Virus record (IMG/VR): IMGVR_UViG_3300011338_000435
Span: 1 to 25,461 of that record
Length of the DNA: 25,461 nt
DNA from: a virus
Lineage: Duplodnaviria > Caudoviricetes
Direction: 5' to 3' (one strand)
The notes below the pieces were generated by a model. That model saw nothing but the letters and a program-made list of their open reading frames with translations. It did no database searches and had not been told where the DNA came from. A program made the position numbers and the translations under genes. Positions within the stretch are counted from its first letter, which is position 1, and every line of letters starts with the position of its first letter. Shown piece by piece: positions 8,338 to 18,303 of the stretch.

Positions 8338-11300
8338 ATGAGTCAACAACAAACAGTATTACGAGTAAGAACAAATAAACCGTCAGATATTACTGTAACA
8401 GGTAGTACAGCTTTTACGGTTGTTGAAACATCTGGTACACCAAGTAGTTATACAGGTACGGGAACAGTTTCAGACCCATATGTTGGTTCATTTGGAACAA
8501 CTACAGGTTATATAGCAGTACAATCAATGTCTCCTGGTACGGTCTATTGGAACTGTACATTACGAAATACAACAATAGGTACAAACTATTTTTCAGTTTT
8601 TGTAAAACATCCTGATGAATTATATACAAGAAACGTATTTAATAGTTGGTCAGAATTTAATGTGGATTATACCAATGTATTATCAAATGACATATTATAT
8701 TTTAGACAATCTGGAACGCCAGGTGTAACAGGTGGAACATTTAGTTTATATTTTGTACCTAATAGTGAGTTAGTAGATTTTACAGTTCCAACATATGACT
8801 TTTTAGATTTATATGATGATATTCCAATTACAATTAATAAATCATTTGCGGAGATAGAAGATATAAGTAAAAGAAATTCAGATTATTCTGTAGGTCTTAA
8901 ATTACCTGGCTCAAAAAAGAACAATAGATTTTTTGAGGATTTTTTTAACGTAGATAGTATAGGATTGTATTTTGATGTATTAAAAAAAGTTCAATGTAAT
9001 GTATTAATTGATGATGAAAGTTATTTCACAGGATATTTGAAATTAAATTCTGTGTCAGTATTAAATAGTAAAGTAGAATATGACGTAACATTATATTCAA
9101 ACATTGGTGATTTATATGGTAATGTAGGAACAAAATTATTGAAAGATTTAAACTTTAGAGATGTAGATTTTTACATGAACCATTATTTTACACAAGATAA
9201 TGTATTAAGTAAGTGGAGATATGAGACATTAAAAAGTATTAAAGAAGTTCCATCCAATTTTATGTATCCAGTTGTACATAATGGATATAACTATTATACA
9301 TCAGGAAGTTTCAATAATGTATTATTTACAGGAACAACGGGAACAACTTTATATACAACCACTTTAACAGGTAGTTGGGTGGACACAACTGCAGCTTACG
9401 CTGCTGGTGCTGATAGATATAGAATCAATTCACCTGTTGATGGTATTAGGGACAATCAATTAAAACCATCAATGAATATTTACGCTTTAATGGAAATGAT
9501 ATTCAATCAAAATGGTTATAAGATTGGTGGTTCATTTAAGAAAATACCTTGGTTCAAATTATTATATATGTATGGGTATTTCAGTGATGATAATGCTAAA
9601 CTATCTTATTTATCACAACCACCACAAACATTTTCATCAGATGGTGTGGAATTAAGATGGGTATTAACATCATCAGGTTCAACAAGAACTTGGAATGTAT
9701 ATGTTGTTAGAGCAGGTTCAGGTGTACCAGCGTTTTGTAGTGATACAATTACAGGTACATTAAGATTATATGACCCTGGACCAGGTGGAGGATTTGATAA
9801 TTATAATTTTAGTATAGCACCAAACACAACAGGATATACAAAAACATGGGGAGTAACACAATTTTATAGTTCATCAACAGCTTCAGTACCAATATCAAAT
9901 AGATCAATGTCTTATTTACCTGGACAAACAAATAGAGTTGTGTCAATTGGTGAAGGAGATTATGTAGATTTTGGTCAAGTTATAGATAAGAATATTAAAC
10001 AGATAGATATATTAAGTTCAATTGCCAAGAAATTTGGTCTAATATTTATACCAGATGAGAATGACCCATTACAAATTAATGTGGAGTCATATGATTATTA
10101 CATTGGTACAGGAAATGTATATGATTGGACAGACAAATTATCTTATGATAAAGGATTTAAGGTTCAACCAGCACAGAATTATGTTGAGAGTGAAATAGTT
10201 ATGACGGATTTAGAGGATGGGGACCAAGGTAATAAGGATTGGAAAGAAAGTAAATCATATGTATATGGTTATTTAAAACAAGTTAATGAAACTGATTTTA
10301 AATCATCAACAAAAACAATTGAAACTACTTTCTCACCAGAAATGATTAGACAATGGAACCCAAATAATAATCCTGATTATCCAGCAGGTGCAGTTAAAAT
10401 TCCATTGGGTATTAACTATGCGGAATCATCTCAAGAAGTTGGAACAGCTGTAGATTGGATATATAAAGGTGTTAAAACAAGACCAAAATTATTCTATAAC
10501 TTGGGTAACTTTAACCCATTCCTTGCAACAGGTACCACAGTCGGTTTAACAGGGGTAACAACAAACTATTTTAAGATGACCAAGACAGATGGGTCAGCAC
10601 CATCAGGGTCTCTTATTTCACCTGTAATTAGTCATACGATGCCGATGGGAAACCCTGATAGTAATAAAAAAACCAATGATAGTATTTGTAATTTATTCCA
10701 ATCTGAAGTAGCATCAGTAAATCCTAATGAAGCAATTGTTTCATATAACACATACACTAATAATGGTATGTATAACTTATTCTATGAGAATAGAATTGGT
10801 AATATCTTTAATAAAGAGACAAGATTTTTAGATGGTTATTTTGATTTAAAATTAAACGATGTTAAAAATTTAAGAGTTAATGATTTAATTAAGATTAATA
10901 ATCAATATTTTACATGGAATAGTATTAACAATTTCAATTTAACTAATAGGGAATTAACCCAAGTACAATTATTACAATACAATTCATCATATAAGACATT
11001 CCCTGAAAGATGTTTTGAGTATTATTACTGTGATAGACCATCTTATGTTTATAAGTTTAAGACAGATTTTGGAGCTGAAACTATATATGATAGTTTATAT
11101 TATTGGAGTATATTATATGATTATTTTGTGGGAGCGTTAGGTGGTAATGTGAGTGGATATACAAGTTCAATTCAATTTGGTAGTTATGCTTTAGCACCAT
11201 ATATTCCATTCTATATATATGAAGTAACTCAAGACACATATGAAACAAGTAGTGCAATTGATTGGAATTATGACCCTCAACGATATTATTTCTTGGCTCA

Positions 11301-13995
11301 AATTGAGGACGAACCAGTTACAACAATATTCAATCAACAGAATGATGTGTTCTTAATTAATAGTGGTCAGACACAGGGAAGATTAAATGTGTTCACAACT
11401 TGTTCTGGTTTTACAAGTGCAGCATCAAGTTTGGGGGTAATAACAACAGGTTCAACAATACCTACTGTACCAACTCCAACACCTACACCTACTCCTACTA
11501 ACACACCTTATGTTGAAGATAGTAGAATGAGAGGTAGTTTAATATTAACATATAATGAATTTTCAGTAGCATCATATGTTGATGTTTATGTTAATTCAGA
11601 ATTAAGAAATATTCGTTATAGTGAAATTGATAATTTATATTCAACATTTATTTATTCAGGAGATGTAGTTAATATTCAAATTAATACAACATCAAATTCT
11701 AATTCAATAGATATAATAAGAAGGGATTATACAATAGATGACCAAGGTGGAGATAATGGAATAAGAGATACATTTATAACAGGAACAACTGGTAGTTCAA
11801 TTAGTGGAATATATCAAATTACATTTACAGCAACAACAATTCAAGAAGATTATAATTTTGAATATAGAGTAGATGCTTTTACTAATATTCCTGTAACACC
11901 AAGTCCTACACCTACAATTACACCAACAATTAGTTTAACACCAACTAATACACCAACTCCTACTATTACACCAACTAATACAGTAACTCCTACGGTTACA
12001 CAAACCCCAACTGCAAGTCCTTTTGTACCAATTCCATTTATTATGAGTGTTAGTACAATAGGAGAGGGTAATAATTTTGTTGCTGAATTACCATATAGAC
12101 CTACTGAAATTTATACAGGTACGATTGATTGGGGTGATGGTACAATAACAACTAATTCATATGCTAATAGGTCTCATACATATATAGCACAACAAAATTA
12201 TACTATTACAATAAATGGTAAATTAACTTGGGGTCCAAATTATGGTTGGACTATAAATGATATTTTAAAATCTGTCGACCAATTTGGTAACCAATTTACA
12301 TTTGATAATACAGGAGGATATTTTAATTTTTGTAAAAAATTAACTTCAGTACCTAATAATGCACCATTAAGTGGAATAACAAATTTGGGTGCTTGTTTTT
12401 GGGGAAGTGATTTATTTAATTCTGATATTTCAGGATGGGATGTTTCAAGTGTAACACGTATGGATTATATGTTTAGTTCTGGTGGTTTTAATAACCACAG
12501 TTTTAATCAAAATATTGATAGTTGGGATGTTTCAAATGTAACAACTATGGACAGAATGTTCTTTAATTGTACTTCTTTTAATCAACCATTAAATTCATGG
12601 AATGTTTCAAATGTAACCAATATGATGTATATGTTTGTTCGTAATTTCCAATTTAATCAACCGCTAAATAATTGGGATGTTTCAAGTGTAACTGAAATGA
12701 GTGAAATGTTTAGTCAATGTAAATCATTTAATCAACCATTAAATAATTGGGATGTTTCAAGTGTAACACGTATGATAGGTATGTTCAATAATTGTACTTC
12801 TTTTAATCAAAATATTGGTATGTGGAATGTTTCAAATGTGAATATTATGCTTAATATGTTTATTGGTGCAACATCATTTTCAACAACAAATTTAGATAAT
12901 ATTTATAATGGATGGAGTGCTTTACCATCACTACAATTAAATGTAAGTTTTAAATGTCCTCCTTGTTATAGTGCAACTGCTGGTAGAGCAATATTAACAG
13001 GTACATATAATTGGGGAATCACTGATGGTGGAGTTTGTCCACCACCAACACCAAGTCCTACACCAACAAGAACCCAAACACCTACACCAACTGTAACACC
13101 AACTAATACACCAACTAATACAGTAACACCGACTAATACTGTTACACCAACTGTAACACCAACTAATACACCAACTAATACAGTAACACCGACTAATACT
13201 CTTACACCAACACCAACAAGTCCTCCATTTGTTAATCCAAATAGTTTAACAGGATTAACATTTTGGACAGATTTTAGTGATAGTAGTTTCTATACAACAA
13301 GTGGTAGTAGTATAATTAATGTTTATTCAGTAGTGGGAGGAACTACAGGTCACACTTTAAGTAGAGTTAATAGTTCAAATAATTATTATCAATTAGTTAC
13401 GTCATTGTCTAATACAGGTAGAACCGCAGCAAAGGTTGTAACAAGACCAACAACGTATAGAGCATCAAGTTGGAACACAGCTGATGATAATGCAATTGTA
13501 TTTGGACCTAAAACAAATACAACATCATATCCTGATGGAACAATGTTTGTTGTATTAAATAGAGCTACAATATCATCAGCAGGTTATTTAATATCAAGAT
13601 ATGATGGAAATGAAGATAGAGGAGTTATATATGATTTAGACACAGGTACACCTAATACAAATATAATTGGGTATGATTATAATTTACCAGCTTATCAATA
13701 TTATAATACAACAGGATCAGCAAACGTAATTTTAACAAGAGAAAATAATTCAACAATATCTACAATATATAATGGTTCAACACAACAAGCAAGTGGTGCA
13801 AAAAATGACACTCAAGATAGAACATTTAGACAATTCCATAATTTAGGTATGTTTGGTTCACCAACAGGAACTGGTGATACTACACCTGTAAATACACATT
13901 ATTGTGAGGTTATTATCTATAATAGAGTGTTAAATAATAGTGAAAAAACTCAAGTTTGGAATTACCTATCAAATAAATGGAACATTAGTATATAA
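8338..13995 (+). CDS. Large tail-tip / baseplate hub-like protein with C-terminal adhesion modules
   Basis: N-terminal conserved tail region (LDLYDDIPITINKSFAEIEDISKRNSDYS...LPGSKKNNRFF; DWTDKLSY). Then three Pro/Thr linkers separating a beta domain, an IDWGDG (PKD-like) plus BspA/DUF285 repeat module, and a LamG-like domain. Confidence 0.75.
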   Translation: MSQQQTVLRVRTNKPSDITVTGSTAFTVVETSGTPSSYTGTGTVSDPYVGSFGTTTGYIAVQSMSPGTVYWNCTLRNTTIGTNYFSVFVKHPDELYTRNVFNSWSEFNVDYTNVLSNDILYFRQSGTPGVTGGTFSLYFVPNSELVDFTVPTYDFLDLYDDIPITINKSFAEIEDISKRNSDYSVGLKLPGSKKNNRFFEDFFNVDSIGLYFDVLKKVQCNVLIDDESYFTGYLKLNSVSVLNSKVEYDVTLYSNIGDLYGNVGTKLLKDLNFRDVDFYMNHYFTQDNVLSKWRYETLKSIKEVPSNFMYPVVHNGYNYYTSGSFNNVLFTGTTGTTLYTTTLTGSWVDTTAAYAAGADRYRINSPVDGIRDNQLKPSMNIYALMEMIFNQNGYKIGGSFKKIPWFKLLYMYGYFSDDNAKLSYLSQPPQTFSSDGVELRWVLTSSGSTRTWNVYVVRAGSGVPAFCSDTITGTLRLYDPGPGGGFDNYNFSIAPNTTGYTKTWGVTQFYSSSTASVPISNRSMSYLPGQTNRVVSIGEGDYVDFGQVIDKNIKQIDILSSIAKKFGLIFIPDENDPLQINVESYDYYIGTGNVYDWTDKLSYDKGFKVQPAQNYVESEIVMTDLEDGDQGNKDWKESKSYVYGYLKQVNETDFKSSTKTIETTFSPEMIRQWNPNNNPDYPAGAVKIPLGINYAESSQEVGTAVDWIYKGVKTRPKLFYNLGNFNPFLATGTTVGLTGVTTNYFKMTKTDGSAPSGSLISPVISHTMPMGNPDSNKKTNDSICNLFQSEVASVNPNEAIVSYNTYTNNGMYNLFYENRIGNIFNKETRFLDGYFDLKLNDVKNLRVNDLIKINNQYFTWNSINNFNLTNRELTQVQLLQYNSSYKTFPERCFEYYYCDRPSYVYKFKTDFGAETIYDSLYYWSILYDYFVGALGGNVSGYTSSIQFGSYALAPYIPFYIYEVTQDTYETSSAIDWNYDPQRYYFLAQIEDEPVTTIFNQQNDVFLINSGQTQGRLNVFTTCSGFTSAASSLGVITTGSTIPTVPTPTPTPTPTNTPYVEDSRMRGSLILTYNEFSVASYVDVYVNSELRNIRYSEIDNLYSTFIYSGDVVNIQINTTSNSNSIDIIRRDYTIDDQGGDNGIRDTFITGTTGSSISGIYQITFTATTIQEDYNFEYRVDAFTNIPVTPSPTPTITPTISLTPTNTPTPTITPTNTVTPTVTQTPTASPFVPIPFIMSVSTIGEGNNFVAELPYRPTEIYTGTIDWGDGTITTNSYANRSHTYIAQQNYTITINGKLTWGPNYGWTINDILKSVDQFGNQFTFDNTGGYFNFCKKLTSVPNNAPLSGITNLGACFWGSDLFNSDISGWDVSSVTRMDYMFSSGGFNNHSFNQNIDSWDVSNVTTMDRMFFNCTSFNQPLNSWNVSNVTNMMYMFVRNFQFNQPLNNWDVSSVTEMSEMFSQCKSFNQPLNNWDVSSVTRMIGMFNNCTSFNQNIGMWNVSNVNIMLNMFIGATSFSTTNLDNIYNGWSALPSLQLNVSFKCPPCYSATAGRAILTGTYNWGITDGGVCPPPTPSPTPTRTQTPTPTVTPTNTPTNTVTPTNTVTPTVTPTNTPTNTVTPTNTLTPTPTSPPFVNPNSLTGLTFWTDFSDSSFYTTSGSSIINVYSVVGGTTGHTLSRVNSSNNYYQLVTSLSNTGRTAAKVVTRPTTYRASSWNTADDNAIVFGPKTNTTSYPDGTMFVVLNRATISSAGYLISRYDGNEDRGVIYDLDTGTPNTNIIGYDYNLPAYQYYNTTGSANVILTRENNSTISTIYNGSTQQASGAKNDTQDRTFRQFHNLGMFGSPTGTGDTTPVNTHYCEVIIYNRVLNNSEKTQVWNYLSNKWNISI
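12415..12879 (+). repeat. BspA/DUF285-type leucine-rich repeats, six units of about 25 aa
   Basis: FN(Q/S)xxxxW(D/N)VS(S/N)VxxMxxMF repeated six times, mostly with 75-nt period. Confidence 0.9.
13083..13211 (+). repeat. 60-bp tandem repeat (just over two copies) within a Pro/Thr linker
   Basis: 13083-13140 is identical to 13143-13200, with one mismatch (13141/13201) across the whole span. Confidence 0.92.
13237..13995 (+). repeat. Dispersed direct repeat, copy 2 (paralogue of 5146..5904)
   Basis: Same LamG-like domain, ending at the equivalent stop codon. Confidence 0.95.
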
Positions 13996-14018
13996 TTTGA
14001 ACAACCAATAAACAATAA

Positions 14019-14028
14019 TTTATATTTA
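14019..14028 (+). promoter_or_regulatory. TTTATATTTA motif, putative promoter element
   Basis: 5 nt before ATG 14034. TTTG at 13996-13999 lies 21 nt upstream of the TATATTTA, as in the Bacteroidota -33/-7 arrangement. Confidence 0.6.
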
Positions 14029-14033
14029 ATTAT

Positions 14034-14915
14034 ATGAGTAGAAAATATGTAGGACAGATAAACAGTAAGAATTTCGTATATCCAAACCAAAACTTGGCGG
14101 AATATGACGTTGAAATTATACACGATATTAACGATAATTGTGTATCTGGTACCATAACAGATATAATTGTTAGTAGTTCATTAAGTACAGGTATAACTAT
14201 AACACATAATGGGACGTTCTTAACGAATGGTGCAAAACCATTTTTAACTACTTTTGCTAGCCCAAATTATACATTACAATACCTATCTGTTCATTGTCAG
14301 GTTCCAAATCAAACATATATGAACACATGGAAGTTAGTGGATGTTTTAAATACAACAACCTCAACCCCATCAACCTATACAGGAAATACAATTACAGGGA
14401 ATGTTATTACAATAACACCATCAATGTTTGGGTTAAGTGTATTTACATCAGGTACATATTATTTTGAATTTAGGTTTATAGGTGAAAATTGTATAAGTAA
14501 GGTATGTTCAAGTATTAATATAACAATAACATCAGTAACACCTACACCTACAGCAACTAATACATCTACTCCAACTCCTACAACAACATCAGGATTAACT
14601 CCAACACCTACACCTACTGCAACAGTTGGGTTAAGTCCAACACCTACCCCAACACCAACTCCAACATCAGGAACAACGTATAACTATTATAATATAACAA
14701 GATTTACTTGTCCAAGTTGTACAAGTCCATTAGGTGGATTAGTTGGTAGAAATAGTACATCAGGTGGAACATTAATAACAGGAAATTATTATAATCCAAG
14801 TGGTGATGGGTTTGTATATAGAATTGATGGTTATAATGCGGGACCAACTTATGATGTAAATTTAGATGGTTCAGCATCAGCAGGAACTAACTGTAGTTTA
14901 ACTTGTGCAATATAA
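14034..14915 (+). CDS. Putative virion protein with Pro/Thr linker and small Cys-containing C-terminal domain
   Basis: 293-aa ORF, Thr/Ser-rich beta domain, (TP)n tracts at about 14537-14670, terminal domain with CPSC and CSLTC. Confidence 0.6.
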   Translation: MSRKYVGQINSKNFVYPNQNLAEYDVEIIHDINDNCVSGTITDIIVSSSLSTGITITHNGTFLTNGAKPFLTTFASPNYTLQYLSVHCQVPNQTYMNTWKLVDVLNTTTSTPSTYTGNTITGNVITITPSMFGLSVFTSGTYYFEFRFIGENCISKVCSSINITITSVTPTPTATNTSTPTPTTTSGLTPTPTPTATVGLSPTPTPTPTPTSGTTYNYYNITRFTCPSCTSPLGGLVGRNSTSGGTLITGNYYNPSGDGFVYRIDGYNAGPTYDVNLDGSASAGTNCSLTCAI

Positions 14916-14926
14916 AAATAGAAATT

Positions 14927-15127
14927 ATGAAGATATATAGAAATGATTTAGAAATTAATATAGACCACATTTTCGTAACAGATTTTGGGGATATAGTTAA
15001 AGAAAAGAAAGATATAGGAAAAGATAATGAATTGGATTTTAGTAGTATTAAAACCTTAATAGGGGATAAACATCTATTAGAATTATCATTCCAAGACCAA
15101 TTAAAATATAGTTTAACACATGGCTAA
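14927..15127 (+). CDS. Small hypothetical protein
   Basis: ATG 14927 after an A-rich spacer. Stop overlaps the tape measure start by 8 nt. Confidence 0.55.
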   Translation: MKIYRNDLEINIDHIFVTDFGDIVKEKKDIGKDNELDFSSIKTLIGDKHLLELSFQDQLKYSLTHG

Positions 15128-18100
15128 TAAAAAAATACAGTTTGACGTAGGTGTTAATACCTCGGAACTTGATAAAGCATCATCAAAAGTTGGTGAATTA
15201 AAAAAGGTCACCCAAAATATATCTATCCAATATGATATTAATGGGAAACCTCTTGATATTGCTATTGATAAATCCTTAAATCTTAAGAAACAAGTAGTTG
15301 AATTAACTAAAGCGTTAAGAACTGTTAAGGAAGGTAGTGCTGAATTTCAATTATTAACCACTAAATTAGGTGATGCTAATGATAAATTAGCACAATCCAA
15401 CGCAAAATCAAGGGATTTTTTAGCAACATTAGGTCTTATACCAGGTCCTATTGGTGAGATTGCTGCGAAGTTAAACGGAACAATTGGAGCGTTAAAGTTA
15501 TTTTCAGGTTTTAGTTTTAAAGATATTAGATTCCAATTAAAGGAATTAAACGATGATTTAGGTGATATTATTAAAGGATTTACATCATTCGGTAAGGCTG
15601 CTGTTGAAGCAAAAGACACTACAGCTACAGCAGTTAATACTGTTGGTGAAAAAGTAAATACAGCATCGGTTGCAGAAAATACAAAAGAACAGGTAATTAA
15701 TTCTGCTTCAAAAATAAAAGATGCTGCAGCAACTGAAATTGATAGTTTAGCGGTTGATAGAAATACGTTAGCAAATATTGAAAATAATATTATTATTAGT
15801 AAATCAAGATTGGAATTTTATAAAAATTCAATTGCTAAATCAAATGCGGCAGTTGCATCAGGTGATTTAACTGCAGCAACTTTAATAGAAACTGATGTAT
15901 TATTTCAAGAATCACTCGCACAAAAAATTAATACATTAGAGACCGAAAAGAACGCTTTAGTTACTAAAATATCAACAGCTGAAAAAGAGAAAGCAACAGT
16001 TGCAACCACACAATTAGCTGCAGCTGAAAAGGAAGCAACAACAGCAACACTTTTATTTAATTTAGCTTTAAAAGGATTAATTATTGGTACCGTTATTGGT
16101 GCCATATACGCTATTGGAAACCAACTATATAGATTAGGTCAACAATTTTTTGGAGCAAGTGAAGCAAGTAAAGCGTTTAAAGAAGGTATATCTAAAGGTG
16201 CTACCGCAGCACAAGAAGCTACAAATAAGGTATTAGAAGTTGGTGTTGCGTTTGAACAAGCAAAAAAAGGTGCAATATCAAAAGCAAAAGCACTTGAAAC
16301 ATATAATGAGATATTAGGTGGTACAATTGGTAAAGCAGACACATTATCTGAAGCTGAAAAGTTATACGAAGCTAACACAAACAACTATATTAAATCAGTA
16401 GGTTTAAGAGCTGAAGCTCAAGAATTGTTTAGTATTGCTGCTAAAAAATCAGCTGAAGCAATTACCGCAGAACAAGTTGGATTTTTCAGTTTTGATAGAA
16501 ATATAGGGCAAAGTTATGAAGATGAGTTAGAACAACGTAAAAAGAAATTAACTGATGCATCATCTGAAATTAGAGCTAAAGCAATTGAATTACTTAAACA
16601 AGCTTCGGCTTTAGAAACAGGATTTAAACCTAAAGAAACTAAAACTGATACTAAAGCTGCTGATGAAGCTTACCAAAAACTTATTGCGGATTTAGACGCA
16701 CGTATCCAATTAGAAATTAATAAGGAAAATACCAAAAGAACTTTATTACAAGGATTATTAGATAAGAAAAGAAAGTTAGTTACAGATCATGATAAACTTA
16801 CATATAAACAAGTTGAATTATTAATACAAGAAAATAGTAAGAAAGTAGACGACGCTCTTGAAGATGACAATAAGAGGTTACAAGAACATCTTAAAAAGAA
16901 AGAGGAGATTAGAGTTGCAGCAATTGATGATGAACAACAACGAGAAGAAGAAGGAAGAGCAAATAAATTATATGATGATAAGATTGCTTTAAGTAAAGAA
17001 TTTAAAAATGAGGAAGAATATCTTGAAGCGGTTAAAAATCTAACATTAACATATGATAGAGATATATTAGATATTAGAGATAAGTTCTTCCAAAAGAAAT
17101 ACAAACAAGAACAGGATGCGTTCCTTAAAGAACAGGAATTACGTACAAAAAACAAGGAACAAGAGTTAGCAATAGACCAACAACGTATTGATGATAAAAC
17201 TAAATTTAATGAAGTTTATGGTGATTTTTTCTTCGGTAATAAAGGTCTTAAAGCAATATATGAAAAATATTTTGTTGATTTAAGACAAGTATATCAAGAA
17301 GAATATGACAATGACATGGCGAGATATACAGCTGATGAGGAGTTATTAAAAACAAATTTAGCTAATAAAGGTATAACTCAAGCAACTTATGATGAACAAA
17401 TAATTCAATTAAATGATAAAAGGGTTGCTTCAGCGGAGAAAAATACCTCAAAACAATTAGAATTAGATAAGTTAGAAGTAGATAGTAAGAGAGCAAGTGC
17501 TGATATGACTGTTCAAATTGGTCAAAATTTAGTTGGATTGTTAGGTGCGTTAAATAAGAAAAGTAAGGATATGCAAATTGCGGCTGCAATTGTTGAAGCT
17601 GGTGTATCTATTGCTCGTATTATTATTGATACTCAACGTGCTATAATAGCGTTTAGTGCTTCGGTTGCTCCATTAGGACCAGCAGGGATACCAATTGCAG
17701 CAGGTTATGCACTTAAATCAAAAATTGCTGCTGGTATTTCAATTGCAACAATCATTGCATCAGGTATTGGTAAATTAAATTCAATAAAAGAAAGTGGTAA
17801 TGAATCTTCAAGTGGTGGTGGTCAACAAACGTCATCAACAACAAGAGGTATGGCAAGAGGTGGAATGATTGGTGGAAAGAGACACGCTGAAGGTGGAACT
17901 TTAATTGAAGCAGAAAGTGGTGAGGCGGTAATGACAAGAGGTGCTGTCTCAATGTTCGGTCCAATGTTGTCCATGATGAACCAAGCTGGTGGGGGTGTTT
18001 CATTTAACTCAAATCTAATGACCACAAGACAAGATAATCCAATATTATCAAACCCATCACAAGACCAATCACCAATAGTAGTTAAAACATATGTGGTAGA

Positions 18101-18161
18101 AAAAGATATGGTTTCTCAAATGAATAAACAAGCTCGTCTTAAAGACCTATCAACATTATAG
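15120..18161 (+). CDS. Tail tape measure protein
   Basis: 1013 aa, Ala/Lys/Glu-rich helical and coiled-coil sequence with hydrophobic Gly/Ala/Ile segments (GLIIGTVIGAIYAIG; IAAGISIATIIASG) and the C-terminal ARGGMIGG...HAEGG...EAESGEAVM motif. Confidence 0.88.
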   Translation: MANKKIQFDVGVNTSELDKASSKVGELKKVTQNISIQYDINGKPLDIAIDKSLNLKKQVVELTKALRTVKEGSAEFQLLTTKLGDANDKLAQSNAKSRDFLATLGLIPGPIGEIAAKLNGTIGALKLFSGFSFKDIRFQLKELNDDLGDIIKGFTSFGKAAVEAKDTTATAVNTVGEKVNTASVAENTKEQVINSASKIKDAAATEIDSLAVDRNTLANIENNIIISKSRLEFYKNSIAKSNAAVASGDLTAATLIETDVLFQESLAQKINTLETEKNALVTKISTAEKEKATVATTQLAAAEKEATTATLLFNLALKGLIIGTVIGAIYAIGNQLYRLGQQFFGASEASKAFKEGISKGATAAQEATNKVLEVGVAFEQAKKGAISKAKALETYNEILGGTIGKADTLSEAEKLYEANTNNYIKSVGLRAEAQELFSIAAKKSAEAITAEQVGFFSFDRNIGQSYEDELEQRKKKLTDASSEIRAKAIELLKQASALETGFKPKETKTDTKAADEAYQKLIADLDARIQLEINKENTKRTLLQGLLDKKRKLVTDHDKLTYKQVELLIQENSKKVDDALEDDNKRLQEHLKKKEEIRVAAIDDEQQREEEGRANKLYDDKIALSKEFKNEEEYLEAVKNLTLTYDRDILDIRDKFFQKKYKQEQDAFLKEQELRTKNKEQELAIDQQRIDDKTKFNEVYGDFFFGNKGLKAIYEKYFVDLRQVYQEEYDNDMARYTADEELLKTNLANKGITQATYDEQIIQLNDKRVASAEKNTSKQLELDKLEVDSKRASADMTVQIGQNLVGLLGALNKKSKDMQIAAAIVEAGVSIARIIIDTQRAIIAFSASVAPLGPAGIPIAAGYALKSKIAAGISIATIIASGIGKLNSIKESGNESSSGGGQQTSSTTRGMARGGMIGGKRHAEGGTLIEAESGEAVMTRGAVSMFGPMLSMMNQAGGGVSFNSNLMTTRQDNPILSNPSQDQSPIVVKTYVVEKDMVSQMNKQARLKDLSTL

Positions 18162-18162
18162 T

Positions 18163-18288
18163 ATGGCTAAAAGTAAATCAACAAACTCAAATAAAATCTC
18201 TTTTGGAAAAAGGAAATGTGGTAAATATAAAAAGACCACTGGTCCAAAAGACAAATCAACTAAACCCTACAATCGTCAGGGAAAATAA
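18163..18288 (+). CDS. 41-aa highly basic protein (not in ORF track)
   Basis: MAKSKSTNSNKISFGKRKCGKYKKTTGPKDKSTKPYNRQGK. ATG lies 1 nt after the tape measure stop and the ORF fills the gap exactly up to the next regulatory motif. Confidence 0.7.
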   Translation: MAKSKSTNSNKISFGKRKCGKYKKTTGPKDKSTKPYNRQGK

Positions 18289-18298
18289 TTTATATTTA
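18289..18298 (+). promoter_or_regulatory. TTTATATTTA motif, putative promoter element
   Basis: 5 nt before ATG 18304. Confidence 0.6.
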
Positions 18299-18303
18299 AT
18301 ATT

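Noticed and set aside
12415-13225. CRISPR-like array in the periodic repeats
   Set aside because: Repeats are in-frame, degenerate at third positions and encode BspA and Pro/Thr protein repeats. There is no constant repeat with unique spacers.
5146-13995. Diversity-generating retroelement template/variable repeat pair
   Set aside because: Differences between the copies are not confined to adenines of one copy, both copies are intact coding sequence of about 750 nt, and no reverse transcriptase is in the window.
15347-18025. Several minus-strand ORFs within the tape measure gene and similar short ORFs elsewhere in the track
   Set aside because: Fully nested antisense or out-of-frame ORFs of 60-120 aa with no recognisable motifs, expected from the codon bias of the + strand genes.
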